The notes under the pieces are model-generated. The model had not been told where the DNA came from, made no database searches, and saw nothing but the letters and a program-made list of their open reading frames with translations. From Asterionella formosa (taxonomy: Eukaryota): a stretch of DNA of 64,000 nucleotides. The DNA is taken from the NCBI GenBank assembly GCA_002256025.1, contig NKIB01012799.1, positions 1 through 64,000 of the forward strand, given 5' to 3'. Below, piece by piece: positions 48,427 through 61,511 of this stretch (positions are counted from its first letter, which is position 1; each line of letters starts with the position of its first letter). A program made the translations under genes and the position numbers.

Positions 48427-49003
48427 TTAGTGAGTCTTAGTGTAGAAACCATCGTAAAGACCCGTTGGCATTTCTTCAATAACTTCTTTGACGTTTGTCA
48501 TCTGGCTGAGCCCAACATTTCCTCGTTGACACCATCGAACGAATCCTTCCACCATTTTCCTGGAACCCTGAAATATATCCACAAGTTAGAATATTTCTTA
48601 GCAGGTAGGGCACGTAACATTTATTCTAGCTCACCTCGACATAGATCTCTGCTTCCTTTGTACTATCAGGTGGTGACATGGTGCCAACAAGACGTCTAAA
48701 CCTACTAGCCTGTGAAGTAATTAATGTGTGAGCTACCTTGACAATGGGAACCACCAGAAGGGGAAAACCTACCTCGTTTAGGACACATGATCTGTAATAT
48801 CCTCCTTGAACGTCACCAATTACAATAATACGCCGGGCAATGATTTCTGAATTGTCTGCAGCGGCATGATCATTATTAGTGGAAGCAAGCAAATTATTCG
48901 CAAGCGCCCCTCGTGTCGTTGCCACTCGATGTGGAGTAAACGCTCCAACTTGGGAAACGGCCAGCGCCATAATCAAGGCTATAATTGGGTTCACTAGATT
49001 CAT
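48427..49003 (-). CDS. Plastid-targeted acylphosphatase-family protein; exons 49003-48773, 48709-48635, 48567-48427
   Basis: Signal peptide with VGA-FTP (ASAFAP-type) cleavage; GDVQGGYYR acylphosphatase motif; exon 3 GSRKMVEGFVRWC joins in frame. Confidence 0.8.
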
Positions 49004-50029
49004 CGTGATTTTGTCTTGGGTTTTATTGATTGCTGTTGATAGTTCTCTTGCTGGTACTGTATATCTTTAATTAATAATGAATGGACCGAGATTGGCTTTT
49101 TCGTTTTGTTATGATGTACCGGTATGAACACCGGTATGTTGTACTCTCAGCCATTACGTTTTAATTTACATGCATGTGTGTGTCTGTCAGTCACTGTCCT
49201 TTTGGGTGATGATAGTGTGTAGAATTTCTGAGCGATGATCATCCTGAGGTTGGCCGTGCGTGCGTGAGGGGGATGCGGCTGGAGTGCCTTCTGATCGCGC
49301 GATCTTTCTCATCAACAACATACCGGGTACGGTAGCATTCATTGATTCATTCGACTAAAGAGTTGGCGTGTCATCCCCGACTCGTGGTTTGATCACGGGA
49401 AAACATGAATTTACTACTTTTCCTGTACCTGGTAATAACTGTACATTAAAAACAGAGTATGAACAGTATGTAGACCTCCAAGAAAGGGTGGGAGGAGCAA
49501 GATCCGAGCAGAAAGGATTACTGGCTGGTATTAAGGAGAACCAGGTGAAGCATCAAACTACTGGGTAGAAATAGTAGTATTTGTTGAAAAAATGAGCTTA
49601 TTAGTTAATCCTTGTGTGCAACTCGATATCCTAGGTTGACACTAAAGTATTCAAAAAGGTGTCAGTTGAGATCTCTTCTGATAGTGTTCTGATATATCTA
49701 GTATGTGAACCTAACCCTTTAGGTATGTCTGTAGTTAAGTGAGATTGGCTGCTCACCAGGTACCGGTACCTGTAAGTTGCAGTAATAGTGCTGAAACTAA
49801 ACCTTTAGCTCTCTTTATCCCATATTAACTTGTTTATCTAAGCAAAATGACAGCAACTTCCTGTGATTCCCTCTGTCCAATAAAAGTTGCATCGATAATT
49901 CAAATTGATCCTGGCAATTTTGTCGCCTACAATTTTCTACGACTCAATTGCCATATTGAGCGGCTTGCTCTGAGCTAACAAGCAATCAATACAGACAAAA
50001 TATATCGAAAGATTAAAACTGACAATTAC

Positions 50030-51140
50030 ATTTGAAAACAACCTTTTTCGGCTTTTCGACTTCCATTTTTGTGCATCTCGATCAAAATGCAGATGACCAG
50101 ACCCCCCCTTTTCTTGCCAGCACCTCTTCTCAACAAGCATATGAGAAAGTATCTAACACCAGAAGAGCGTCAACTTGTGTTGGATTATTGTTTACAGAAC
50201 CTCAAAAGAGGACCTGATGGAGGGGATGAAATAGACGGTCAGATTGTTTTAGTGCATGAACAGCAGGATAGTTCAAAGTTGAAAAAACAGCTATACAAGG
50301 AATTTGGAACCGCATGCTCAAACCCTATTACCAGGGTGATAGTGACGTGGTTGCATCACTTTCCCGCTGGCCGTCCTCACAAATAACTTTCTCTGCTTCA
50401 ATTGCTGTATTATCCGCCTTGCTCTACAAAGCTACAGATCCATGTATAAAATTCAAAAATAGAAAGGTTAAGGCAACTATATTTGAAAAACAATTTCGTG
50501 CTTTTTCGACTGTTGCTTTGGCCATCTCAGGCAACTTTTGGCGATGTATGAGGACCCTTTGTTGTTTGTTTGCCATCACCTCCTCTCAACAAGCATTTGA
50601 GAACGGATATAACACCACAAGAGCATCAATTTTTGTTGAATGTTGGATTATGTTTTGTAAAACTCAAAAGATTACATGGTAGAGAATCAAAACCGTTAAA
50701 AATTTGGTGACAAGAATCCATGTACAATAGCAATATAGCCCGAATGGAACTTCGCACTTAGCTACTAGGTCATTCTATAATTAAGAAAGTAACAAAATTG
50801 CATCACTTTCCAACGAATATTTGAGTGGCTGGCCATTTTGGAAAAGGGGATGATGATATAAAAATTTACCCAGAAAATATCATATGTATGTCAAATTGGG
50901 TTCAATTAATCTACTATATCAACCAACTGTGGTAGAAGATGGTTGCTACTAAATGAAAGTAAAATAAAGCTAGGTTTCTTTAAGGAATCTCGATTTTTTC
51001 CACCATTTCGATTGGCCATTTGGCCATCTCGAGCAAAATGCAGAGTTATGAGGTTTTTTGGGCTAGCTACGCCTAGTATTCTCCTCGACGAGGGTGCAAA
51101 ACCGTACGTGAGCCAAGAAGAGCAACAGATGATATTGGAA
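50030..51140 (+). repeat. Three degenerate direct repeats (~50030-50209, ~50480-50671, ~51005-51139), TE-derived
   Basis: Shared blocks ATTTGAAAA.AA, CATCTCG..CAAAATGCAGA, CTCAACAAGCAT.TGAGAA, AAGAGC and TTGGATTAT; the third copy is the most diverged. Confidence 0.55.
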
Positions 51141-53766
51141 CAGGACGTGACAGATATTTTTCTTTAATTTTTATTTATGCCTAGGACTGACAGACATTTC
51201 CTGACTCAGACGACATTAGAGATCAAAGTTTGAAATTAACTTTTAATGATTGGCATATGTTGCCATAAAAATGAAAATATTCGATATTTTCAAATATTAT
51301 TTCACAAACAGGTTTTTATGGAACTGTTACTTCAAATAACGTAGCTATTTCAGGACTATTTCATATTAACAATTTCAATCAACTTCGAATAACAACTTTA
51401 AAAAACAAAGTTTGCTTAAACTAGCTGATCCATTGAGCTGTAAAATAAATCTCATACTGGCAATTGCCCTGCAGTTGTCAGGATTTAACAAGTAGGTTCT
51501 GGGTAATTGTGAGCTTAATGATTAGTTTATCGATATTAGCTCCTAGTCCGAGGGGAGGGGGGGGGGACTCACAAGGGTCTTGATGAGAAGGGTATGTTCT
51601 AGGTGTCAAGAGTCCATGCTAGGTGTCATGCATGTTTTAGCCTAGCATTGGTACATCTATTCTAGAGATACATCTGTACCAATAGTTATCACGTAACATA
51701 TAGCTGAGGGTACATAATGCAATATGTACTACGAGCTACATAGATACTAGTAACCGTGTGTATAGCATCACGTCCTTATCATGATCACTCTCGTGTACAT
51801 GTATATGTACTACGTATGGGTTTCATGGTAGTCGTGTGCGTAATGTAAAAAGGGTACACCTTTCAGTTATGGTTGAAGTGGTATACATTCACAGTGTGTA
51901 TTGTGTAAATCTCTTCAGTGAGAGTAAACAAGTACCGTATACTTTATATGGTCTGTATAGAAGAGCCTATAAGGTTAATGTTATATAGGACTTATACCAT
52001 CTAATGATATACCAGTAGTATACTATCTAGCGTGGTACATACTGTACCATAGGTCATTATTTTTCAATATTACTTCTACCTGTAATCACAATGATTTACA
52101 AGTAGTCCTTCTATATTGTATACTCCATGTCGATTACCAATACACATGTAGAAGAATATGCTGATATATAGTGGAGAGTGAAATTTGTCTTTCATCATTG
52201 TTAGTTGAGGATAATCAGATGTGACATATGAATATGTAAAATAAATAAATGATAATCCATTTTATTGCTCATTTGTACTTGATCACTCATTCTAGGCAAG
52301 TAGTCGTTGTGTTTACTGCCAACAAGACCTGTGCTTCCCTAGAAGTGGCCACCTTAGCCGAAGCATTAGGGGAAACGCCAACACATAGGAAGGCAGCATG
52401 CGCTGCTTCGGGGTGCATCCACTATTTCCTGCACACTTGACAAGACCATGACCCACACAAAGTATGTGTATTATTATTACTATGTATGAAGGTGGAAGAA
52501 AAAATTTATAAAATCAATCACAGAATTTGGGATGAAGTTGGTATACAGTTTGCGATTCGACTGGTGGCTTTCACCACACCATGATTGAGAAGGGCGCTGG
52601 TCTCCATCTGAGAAGGGGGCTGGTCTCCATCTAATGAGTGACACCAAGTGTGTCATCATTTTTGCTACTTCTCCCGATGCTCCAAGCCACTATTTACGTC
52701 ATATGGATAAAACAAAAGCCTTACTCTGGAGCAACTATCTTGTTGAAAACATCCTGTACTCAGCTTGCTTGCCCCCCCCCCCCAGCTTGCCAAGGCTCAG
52801 GTTTAGAATTTTGGAAGGTTCACATGACCACCATTCATGCATCGATGTCATCTCCACTTGTTGTCGCTGTATCTTTGAGAAAAGCAAATCCTGACATAGA
52901 AGATGATCCTCCTTTAATTTTTTTATAAATAGGAGTATCAGGTAACAGTGAACTGTTCTTTTTTGGTGGTATGTTTACTTCAACTTCAATCTTGCTTATG
53001 CATACTGGTAGTATCATTACATTAAGGGTGATGACAATCGGCATGAAATATTGATGTCATGCATTTAAGCAAAGTTAGATAGGGCAACACATCCCTAGAA
53101 CTTTAAGCATAAATAATGGGAGCAAATGCAATTATAAGCAAAACAGATGTGTTCCTATATTTTTAGCTAAATCCGCTTAAAGCCAAAAATAATTTGGATC
53201 AACAAGGCTGCCAGGATGATGGATAAAATGAAATAAATATGAAAGGTACAATAAGTTTGGAACTGATATCATTATAGCAGGAAAGCAAATGTACATAGAA
53301 CTAGACATAGAAAAATTATGACAACTTACTCGTCCACTCACCATTCAATAATAAAACCCTACATAAAATTAAAATATATGGATATGATGTTATCCTTTAC
53401 ATAACAATAATGCAATGCTCTATGATTTACCAGTTGGTCTACCTGCATATATGGGTGAGTAAATAAAATAGAGACACCACAGCGCTTTAGAGGTATCTGG
53501 AAAGCAGAGAGATTTTATGAGTGTCAGCAGTACAGCATGGCTTAGCTACCTGTACCTCTATGATACCTGATTTCACTAAATGTAATATTTTTAGTAGGAA
53601 CTGTTGGTGTCAAATCGGGGCTTACCACCAGATCCTACCAATAAGGAGATGGGCCTCAGGAGCACTGTTGAAGAGATTGTTTACTGTATAATATAGAAAG
53701 GATATTTTCCTTGCTGAGCATGATCCTTTGTGTACGCCGATGTTCTCTACTTTACTAACTAATAGT

Positions 53767-55310
53767 CTAGCCACCATATCGGAAGTGAAATCTTTGTCCT
53801 CCGCCATGTTGAAACTGTTGGTTGAAAAATTGATGGGCGTTCTGATGGTGTGCACCACCTCCTTGATTCTCAAATACTGGTTCCCCTCGATCATATTTGG
53901 CGCGAAGTTCCTTGTCTGACAAAACCTCATAGGCTTCACTAACATCTTGAAACTTCTTCTCAGCTTCGTCCTTGCCTTCGCCAAGGTTCTTGTCAGGATG
54001 CCACTTGAGAGCCATTTCACGGTATGCTTTTTTTATTTCTTTCGCGTCAGCGTTTCGTTGGAGGCCAAGAATTTTATAGTAATTCTTCTCTTTTGACTGC
54101 TTCAATGCCACTTCAGCTTCTCGGATCTTTTGCTGGGCTGCTTGCTTTCCTTCTTGAGGCTGGAATTGAAGTTTACGAGAGTTAGTGACAGGGAGAGGGT
54201 TTGCAAAAGTTGAGAAAAGTGAGAAGTACCTTTCATGTGCCATTGTTTACTTTGATAAAGAATGGTACGTACCGAAATTTCTTCAGCCCTTCTGAAGGAG
54301 CGTATGGCATCCTCGAAGTGTTCAGCCTCCACTTGTGCCTCTCCCAAAGCAAACAAACCCTCCACGCTCTCCAGGTTTTCGATGTGTTTCTCGGCTTCTT
54401 CAATAGCCTTGGCGTGCTGGCCTAATTTAGTATGCGCTTTGACAATCTTGAGCAGCGTTGGTCGAAAGAAAGCAATATGAGTGCCATCAATATTTATAGC
54501 CTGCCACCAATTCCCAATAGCCTCTTCGTACTTGCCAGCATCAAAGGCGGCGTCTCCTTTTTTGTTTTTCTTTTCTATCCCTTTGATGAACTTGTGACCA
54601 GCTTTGCAACCCTTGTGCTCAGGGTCCAACTTCAAACCTTCTCTGTAGTGGTTGATTGCAGTTGGATGATCGCCTAGTTTCATGTATGCATCACCTCTTA
54701 GCTCGTAAGCTTCGATGTGGTTCGCGTGTGCCTTCAATACGCGACCTAGGTCACCAATGGTACCGTAGTAGTCTCCTAGATGAAACATAGCCTCGGCCCT
54801 TTGGAATGCAAGACCGGAAGCCTGTTCCACATGCTTCATAGCAGCATCCAACTGATCCACTGCTAAAGCCCAATCCTTTTCGAACATAGCCTGTTGCGCC
54901 GCAGAGATCGAGGCAAAGCAACTAATGACTTCACCTTTAAGATCCTCCTGGCCTTCGAGCGATGCTATCTCCGCCGATGCTTCTTCGCACTGCCCCAATG
55001 ACTTCAGTAGCTTGATCTTCTGGATCTTGTAGTCATCCGATTGCGGCTTCAATTCTGCGCTTTTAGAAATCGACCTGAGGGCATCCACATACTTTCGCAT
55101 TCTTTGTTGAACCCGAAATAGTTTGTAGTGATTGAGCGCATTCTCTGGCTCTAGGTCAACAGCAGCTTGGTAATATTGCAGCGCAAGTTCCGGCTGCCCT
55201 GACATCATGGCTTCCTCTCCCTGTGAGCGTAGCTTTCCAGCAGAAGCATCTTGGGCGGCAGCGGAAGCAAGCAAATAAAGGAGCGATACAATTGTCCTGC
55301 CAGCCATCAT
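53767..55310 (-). CDS. DNAJC3: ER-lumen TPR/J-domain co-chaperone DNAJC3 (P58IPK); exons 55310-54273 and 54159-53767
   Basis: Signal peptide, multiple TPRs ([13 protein letters not shown]), and a J-domain with NYYKILG and HPD. Confidence 0.9.
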
Positions 55311-55758
55311 GATGGTCCTTGTATGCGTGAGCTGTCTTGAGACTACGAGCAGGAATGCGCTTTATTGTTTCTATGAAGAGGATGCCGTGAGGGCTAACAA
55401 TACTTCAACGACAATGTTGCAATGTTGCAATGTAGAGGGCCAGTAAGGCGGCGATGACCAATGATGATTTAAGTCATAAACCGTTCGCAAATTGCCACGA
55501 CGCAAAACTATATTGTTAAAGCCTAAGATGTATACCGGTATACACCACAGCCATCATATCATAGACCGGAACCAGGTACCTGAACCAGGTACCAGGTACC
55601 TGGTACCACGTACCCTGGTACACCTTATGCTATCCGGTATGACGACAAACGACACGAGCGCGCACAAGCAAGCCAGTAACACTAGGTACCTGGTACTGGT
55701 ACCTGATGCTGGTACCAGGTAGCTAAATCTGACGAATGATACAGATGAACCGTAGGAA

Positions 55759-55825
55759 GGGGGGGGGGGGGGGGGGGGGGGGGTTGTGTGGGGGGGTGGT
55801 GGGTGGGGGGGGTGGGGGTGGGGGT

Positions 55826-55887
<62 letters not shown>

Positions 55888-55930
55888 GGGGGGNNNNNNN
55901 NNNCCCCGGCCCCCCCCCCCCCCCCCCCCC
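55759..55930. other. Assembly gap: poly-G / 10 N / poly-C
   Basis: Ns at 55894-55903 flanked by homopolymers. Confidence 0.9.
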
Positions 55931-56642
55931 AGACGGTATTACTGGCACTCTTTTTTACCAATACAATACCAGGTACCAGGGTGGTACCCAGTGGGTACAA
56001 GGGTGACAATGACCAGCCAGCAAGCAATGTAATAAGCAGTACTGTAATCCGCAAAGTAAGCAAGTTTTGCTTACTTGTTTGCTTCCTATTCTCCAAACTC
56101 AGACTGCAGGGCGTCCTTCCAGGATTTCCCAGCATAGGGCGAGGTGGAGCCGAGCTCCATCTCCTTGAATCAGTGTCCATGTATGATACCACGCCTAAAG
56201 AGAAGTTTCCACTTTCTTGATCCACAAAAGCTTTTGGGACAACACGTGCCGCTTAATTCGAATGGCACTTGGCAGTTGGAATAACTATATCAGTCTCATT
56301 TCCCATGATGTGGGCATACAGGAGTGCTTCACATTCATCAGCTTGTTCCTCGAGAACTCTATACAAATTGACAATTTGCGATCAATCAATTCTCAGTAGA
56401 TAATAACCTCATTTCACATCTTTTGCTTTGATTATTCGCTCATTTTATTGCTGCAGTCGTAGTCTTATTTGTACTGTAGCTACTGTAAAAGTGTCATATT
56501 TGCTCATTGCACCAATATTTAAAAATTGCTACATCTCTAATTATTACATGAAAAAATGTGCTATTGGCGACTTCAATTTTCGTTCTCAATATTTATTCTT
56601 TTATTATTTTGAACGGAATGGTGTATATGATATATGTTCTAA

Positions 56643-56793
56643 AGGAATGACTTAGTTGTTGTGCATGTTGCTTGCCTTTGAACTGAATTTGTGCGGTTCA
56701 ATTCCCGCAACTTTTTTGAGAAGAAATTGTTGGGTTCGACTCTCACACTTCTTAGTACCATCCCACAAGTTCTTGCCTGAATGCAAGAAAATA
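56643..56793 (+). mobile_element. tRNA-derived SINE-like element, copy A (3' truncated)
   Basis: Aligns with copies B and C: A-box-like TGACTTAGTTG, GGTTCAATTCC, T6, second box GGTTCGACTC, then CTTGCCTG..TGCAAGA. Confidence 0.7.
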
Positions 56794-56951
56794 ACACTTC
56801 TCATAGAGCAAAACAAACATGCTGTCTACCGATATTCATTGGCCAGCCGATGTACAAGCTAAGAGCGCATTTGGAAATATGTTCATGTACCCGGTCAATA
56901 TGATTTCGAATAACGTAACTATTGATTTTGAGTTTAAAATCAAGTCTAAAT

Positions 56952-57101
56952 AGAGAATGGCTTAGTAGTTTAGCACATTGCTGTTGATCTAAGGTTGTGA
57001 GGTTCGATTCCTGCAATTTTTTGAGAAACAATTCGGTTCGACTCCCACACTCTTTAACTTCCCGCATAGTCTTGCCTGGTGTGCAAGAGATAGTGGGTTC
57101 C

Positions 57102-57157
<56 letters not shown>

Positions 57158-57178
57158 GCCTTTCTAGGCGGTTGGAGT
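56952..57178 (+). mobile_element. tRNA-derived SINE-like element, copy B, with internal (AC)n at 57103-57156
   Basis: TGGCTTAGTAG A-box, GGTTCGATTCC B-box, second B-box GGTTCGACTCC and 3' hairpin CCGCC-TTTCTA-GGCGG. Confidence 0.75.
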
Positions 57179-58294
57179 AGCAAAAAACGCAAATTTCGAG
57201 CAAGCTGACCTGTCCAGGGACTCCCTGCCTACTCTTGGGGTACTATTTAATTTATCAAAACACTGGGGCTCAGAAATACTGGAGGAATCCGAGGAAACGA
57301 GCATCTCCATGGCCCATAAATGGTCATCTGTAGCCATCCTTCCTTCAACTGTGGTCATAGGCTACTACACAGGCATGGGATGAAAGCAATGGCTAAGGTG
57401 CTTCATCATGTTAAAAATCAAAGTATATTGCCTTTGGAATTTGATGTGCAAATTTCATCTTTCTACACCAGAAGGGATGAGATATGTGTTCGAGGAGATG
57501 CACATTTGTTTCAGGGCCCACTTCACTAACTTCTCAAATCAAGAGTGCGATCAATAGCAGTTCTTGGCAAAGGCCAAGTTTTTGTTCAAGGAATCAGCGG
57601 CATTGGCTAAAACAGACAGCAATATTTGAAAAAAAATCTCAGAGTATCAGCAAAAAGGGAGGGTGTTAGACCACCACTACAGGCAATGGGGGGGGGTTCT
57701 CATTCTAGAACAAGCAACAGTTCAAACAAAGTTACATAAGGGAAAGAATGAATATATAAGATACCACACCACTGTCCCACCCACCAAGTATCCTGCTCGA
57801 CTCCCAGTCGAGGGAATACCCCCACCTTTTCCCAGCATTCCAGCACCCAGCACAGTCACCACGTTTGTTGGGTTCATTCTGATACTGGGTCGGTAGGTAA
57901 GTCTGCACACCATGGCTGGCAATGCCAGGGAACACTACCCGGTATGCAAGCTCCTCTACTGTTCCTAGCAATAGGGTCGTTTGAAATGAAGTTATGATAT
58001 AGTACTTACTACATACTCCGTACCTGGTACCTGGTACCCCTCCCCCTGGCATCATCATTAATGATGAGCGATACTCAATTCGGTTGCTTCGCTCCCATGC
58101 ATGTACCGGTAGAGGTGGTTCCTGGTACTCCTACGGAAAATGATATCATGATATCGGAAAGCTAGTACCAGGTACCAGGTACGTCGTACAGGAGTACCAG
58201 GTACCAGTACCTGGTACTCATACCGGTATTGTAATTTGGAATTACCGGTAAGTCCATAAATATATCAAAAGCGTCATAACGAAAGAAAACCAAC

Positions 58295-59032
58295 ATGACA
58301 ACTGTCGGGCTAGTCCTAACTTCTTTATTGCTACTGTCACTACAACCCCTTACATTTTCATCGTCCGATAGTGTCGCGCCACAATTGGCTTTTGTTCGGA
58401 AAACGCAAAGCCTCCATAGCGGCAAGCATAACACCAGCTCAACAGTATCCACAACGCCGCATGGATACAACATTGTCGACGAGAAAGTCGTGTACAGTAA
58501 ATGGCGAATCTTGCTGCAACGACTGATACAATTACCCAACGGTAAAGTGGCAGACTTTGATATCGTCAGTCAAAAGGGGGCTGGAGCTGCCATTGTTTTT
58601 GTTTGGGATAGCAACACCAAGACCGCTACATTGGTCCGCGAATACAACCCTGGACCTCACGAAATACTTTACGGTTTGGCTGCTGGCTTGATTGAGCAAG
58701 ATAAACACAATGATTCTGATCCTAGAGTTGCAGCTGAATATGAGTTGAATGAAGAATGCCATTTGGAAGGAGGGACGTGGCATATGCTGACTGACAGACC
58801 TATAGCTATGGATAAATATGTGGACTTCAGGGTACATGCCTATCTGGTCATTGATCCAACGCCTGTGGAATATCCAAGACCATTGGACGATGAGGAAATT
58901 ATTGAGATTATACGTGGTGTTACACTGGATGAGATAAAGCGAATGCTACGAGGAGGAGAAATGAACATGGTTGCAAGTTGGGCTTCCCTGTTGGCATTGG
59001 AAAGGTTGAGAGATTTGGGTGAAATAGAGTAA
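58295..59032 (+). CDS. Nudix hydrolase (ADP-ribose pyrophosphatase-like) with N-terminal signal peptide
   Basis: LVREY..G and the variant Nudix box AAGLIE...AAEYELNEECHL; LDDEE.IE. Confidence 0.85.
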   Translation: MTTVGLVLTSLLLLSLQPLTFSSSDSVAPQLAFVRKTQSLHSGKHNTSSTVSTTPHGYNIVDEKVVYSKWRILLQRLIQLPNGKVADFDIVSQKGAGAAIVFVWDSNTKTATLVREYNPGPHEILYGLAAGLIEQDKHNDSDPRVAAEYELNEECHLEGGTWHMLTDRPIAMDKYVDFRVHAYLVIDPTPVEYPRPLDDEEIIEIIRGVTLDEIKRMLRGGEMNMVASWASLLALERLRDLGEIE

Positions 59033-59048
59033 GTAGTCTAGGAACTTT

Positions 59049-60911
59049 TCAGGTCAGCTCTTGAAGGACTTCCTGTAATGCATGCTGTAATAACTCAGGA
59101 TCTGCGTTACCAAGACTTTCCTTCATTGCTTGGCCAATGAAGAATCTCTCCATTTTCGTAACATCCTTGCCACCCTTGCGATACCGCTCCAGATGCGAGT
59201 TGTGTTTTGTATCATAAACCACTTGGATGCAAAGATCTTTCAGTTGTTTGAGGTCAGAGACGACCTTCCAATTGCGCTCCGCTGCAATAATTCGAGGACT
59301 CTTACCCGCCACTTCTGTGTACATCACCTCCAGCGTTTTCTTTGCCATGGTAGTTGACAGCGTTCCATCAATAATTAGGACCATCAATTCACCTAGCTGA
59401 ATCCCACTTACCAAAGATTCTTGGACGGTAACCTCGATTTCCTCGTCCACCATTGGCAAATGTCTTTTCACAAGCGCGAACAGGTCATTGCATAGCCAGT
59501 TGGCCGTCATCGTTTCAAGCCTGGATGCGGATGGATGGTCACCCAATGTTCGCCTGGCTTCTTTAATTGCTTCCTCGTACAAGGCAACAGCGGAGGGATC
59601 ACTTGTGATAACCAACGCCACAGACTCTTGTAAACCATACTCATGCATCAACCTCAACGTAGCCTTTTCTGGTAATTCTCGGAGATACGTGTCAAGGAAT
59701 CCCTTCAGGTCGTGTCCACCCAAGGTATCTTTGTCTAAGGCAATCGGTGGCAAATCCGGCTCGGGCATGAAACGATAATCTACAGCACCCTCTTTTGACC
59801 GAGTTGTTACGGTCGTGAGTGTACTAGGATCAAACGTTCGGGTTTCTTTTTTCGTGGGGCAACCTTTCGAGAATGCAATTGCTTGTCTAATGGCCTCGTA
59901 TTCGGCGGCTTGGGCAACTTGTTTGATGGAATTGAGATTCTTTACTTCCACCCGATGGCCTGTACCTGGTGGCAAGTGCTCCCGAAAAGGATTATCAGGG
60001 TCAACTTGAATTCCTGTATTTTCCCCCAAGGGTGCAATTGAAATGTTGAGATCACATCGAAGCGAGCCCTCTTCCATTTTTCCATTGCATGTTCCTATGT
60101 GCCGGACAAGGTTGCGAAAGGTTGCGAGAACTGCAGAAGCGTCGTTAGCTGACCGAATATCTGGGAGAAATACAATTTCGATCAAAGCAGACCCTGCTCG
60201 ATTAAAATCGACTATTGATTTTGTTATGAACCTGTCATTCTGTGTCGAGGAGAAAACGAGGATGAGCGACTATGATGGTTGTCGTACTGTTACATGAATG
60301 CGCCGATGCAGGAAACGTACCACTTTCCTTGTCACTGTCGTAGTCTTCCCAGTATCTTGCTCGAGTTGAATTCGGTCGATGCCGACAGCGATAAACTTTT
60401 CGCCGCCACACTGTTCCTTCTTTCCCGGCAGAGCGCGCTTCCTGCTTTGTAGTCGCCCATTTCGGGCCAAAGGCCAGCGCTGTTGCGTCATTTGATAGCC
60501 GAGGGGTTGATCGGCGTACGCATAGTGCTTCCGCTCAAAACGAGAAATGTGCTGTAGCTCGCAGTTGCAGGCCGCTGCTGTTAGGACAGCAGCTTGTAGG
60601 GCGTCGGCCGAAAGGACTGGCAAGACGCCGGGCACCGCCACGTCCAGGGGATGGACGGCTTGATTGGGGTTGGCGTTGGCAGTTGAGGCTGCCGAAAAGA
60701 GCTTGGTTGGTATGTCCAGTTGCGCATGGATTTCCATCCCAATTATAGTTTGAAATAAAGGTTCTGCGTGAAAGGAGACTATCCCGGTGTCTAGGTCGAC
60801 ATTCCAGTCAACTGATGAGAGTGATCGAGCGCCGAATTTCTGGCAACAATTTTCGGTTATGGAAGACCATTTGGCTGATGAAACGAATCGAAACATTTTC
60901 ATCGACGACAT
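59049..60911 (-). CDS. gatB: Organellar glutamyl-tRNA(Gln) amidotransferase subunit B; exons 60911-60321 and 60239-59049
   Basis: IGMEIHAQL, FERKHYAYAD, IQLEQDTGK, DFNRAG..LIE, EGSLRCDLNIS, VEVKNLNS and DYRFMPEPDLPP motifs; transit-like N-terminus. Confidence 0.95.
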
Positions 60912-61511
60912 GCAAAGGCGCTGTGATCAAGTGATTTTTGGTCGACGCTCTCATCGTTGTCGATGTTCAGCTTGGAGGGAGTAGGCAGGGGAACCATCAA
61001 GCTTGACCTCGCGTTTTGCGTTCGGCGGGGCATGTACCGTTCGTTTTGTGGTCCAAGATACAAATGTACAGTAAGCGTTGATGCGTGTGTGGCCTATTAT
61101 TAATCTACCGGTACATAACTATTACATACTGGTAATACATGAGTTTTAATAATAGTTATGATAATTTTTTACTAAATTTACCGCTTTTAGGTGTACGAAT
61201 GTACCCGTATACTTATATGTATATTGTAGAATCTATAATTTTTAGCTTAAATGTATTCCGTTGTTGTAAATACCGGTAAGCAAATACAATTGATGTACCG
61301 GGTCTCCAGGTGCCAGGGGTACCAGGTTAGCATCACCGTGTATTTGTTAGGGAGGACCAGGCCCCAGTACCTTATGGTTGATGTGGCTTCGCTTCTGCCT
61401 CGTCGTTCGTTGCTTGCTGAGGCGCTATGATGTATGATTCTCATGATTATCGTGAGTGACATCATTCCCATTGATTGTACCCAACACATCAAGAAATAAC
61501 ATACAAACACC

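Noticed and set aside
50069..50386. Tc1/mariner N-terminus-like ORF (RKYLTPEERQLVLD)
   Set aside because: Short, frame not kept in the sister repeats, and no DDD domain follows. Kept only as a repeat.
52587..52632. 23-bp direct duplication GAGAAGGG(C/G)GCTGGTCTCCATCT
   Set aside because: Simple local tandem duplication with no further structure.
55554..56225. Poly-Pro and poly-Gly ORFs; apparent G-quadruplex or inverted G/C stem
   Set aside because: They span the N gap and homopolymer runs, most likely a sequencing or scaffolding artefact.
56952..57015. Possible tRNA gene
   Set aside because: Acceptor and anticodon stems do not pair properly, and homology to the other copies extends well beyond the tRNA part. 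Treated as SINE-like.
5371..60911. Sec readthrough in other TGA-terminated genes (stops at 6320, 31568, 59049)
   Set aside because: No SECIS-like ATGA...AA...GA hairpin seen downstream and no redox-type context.
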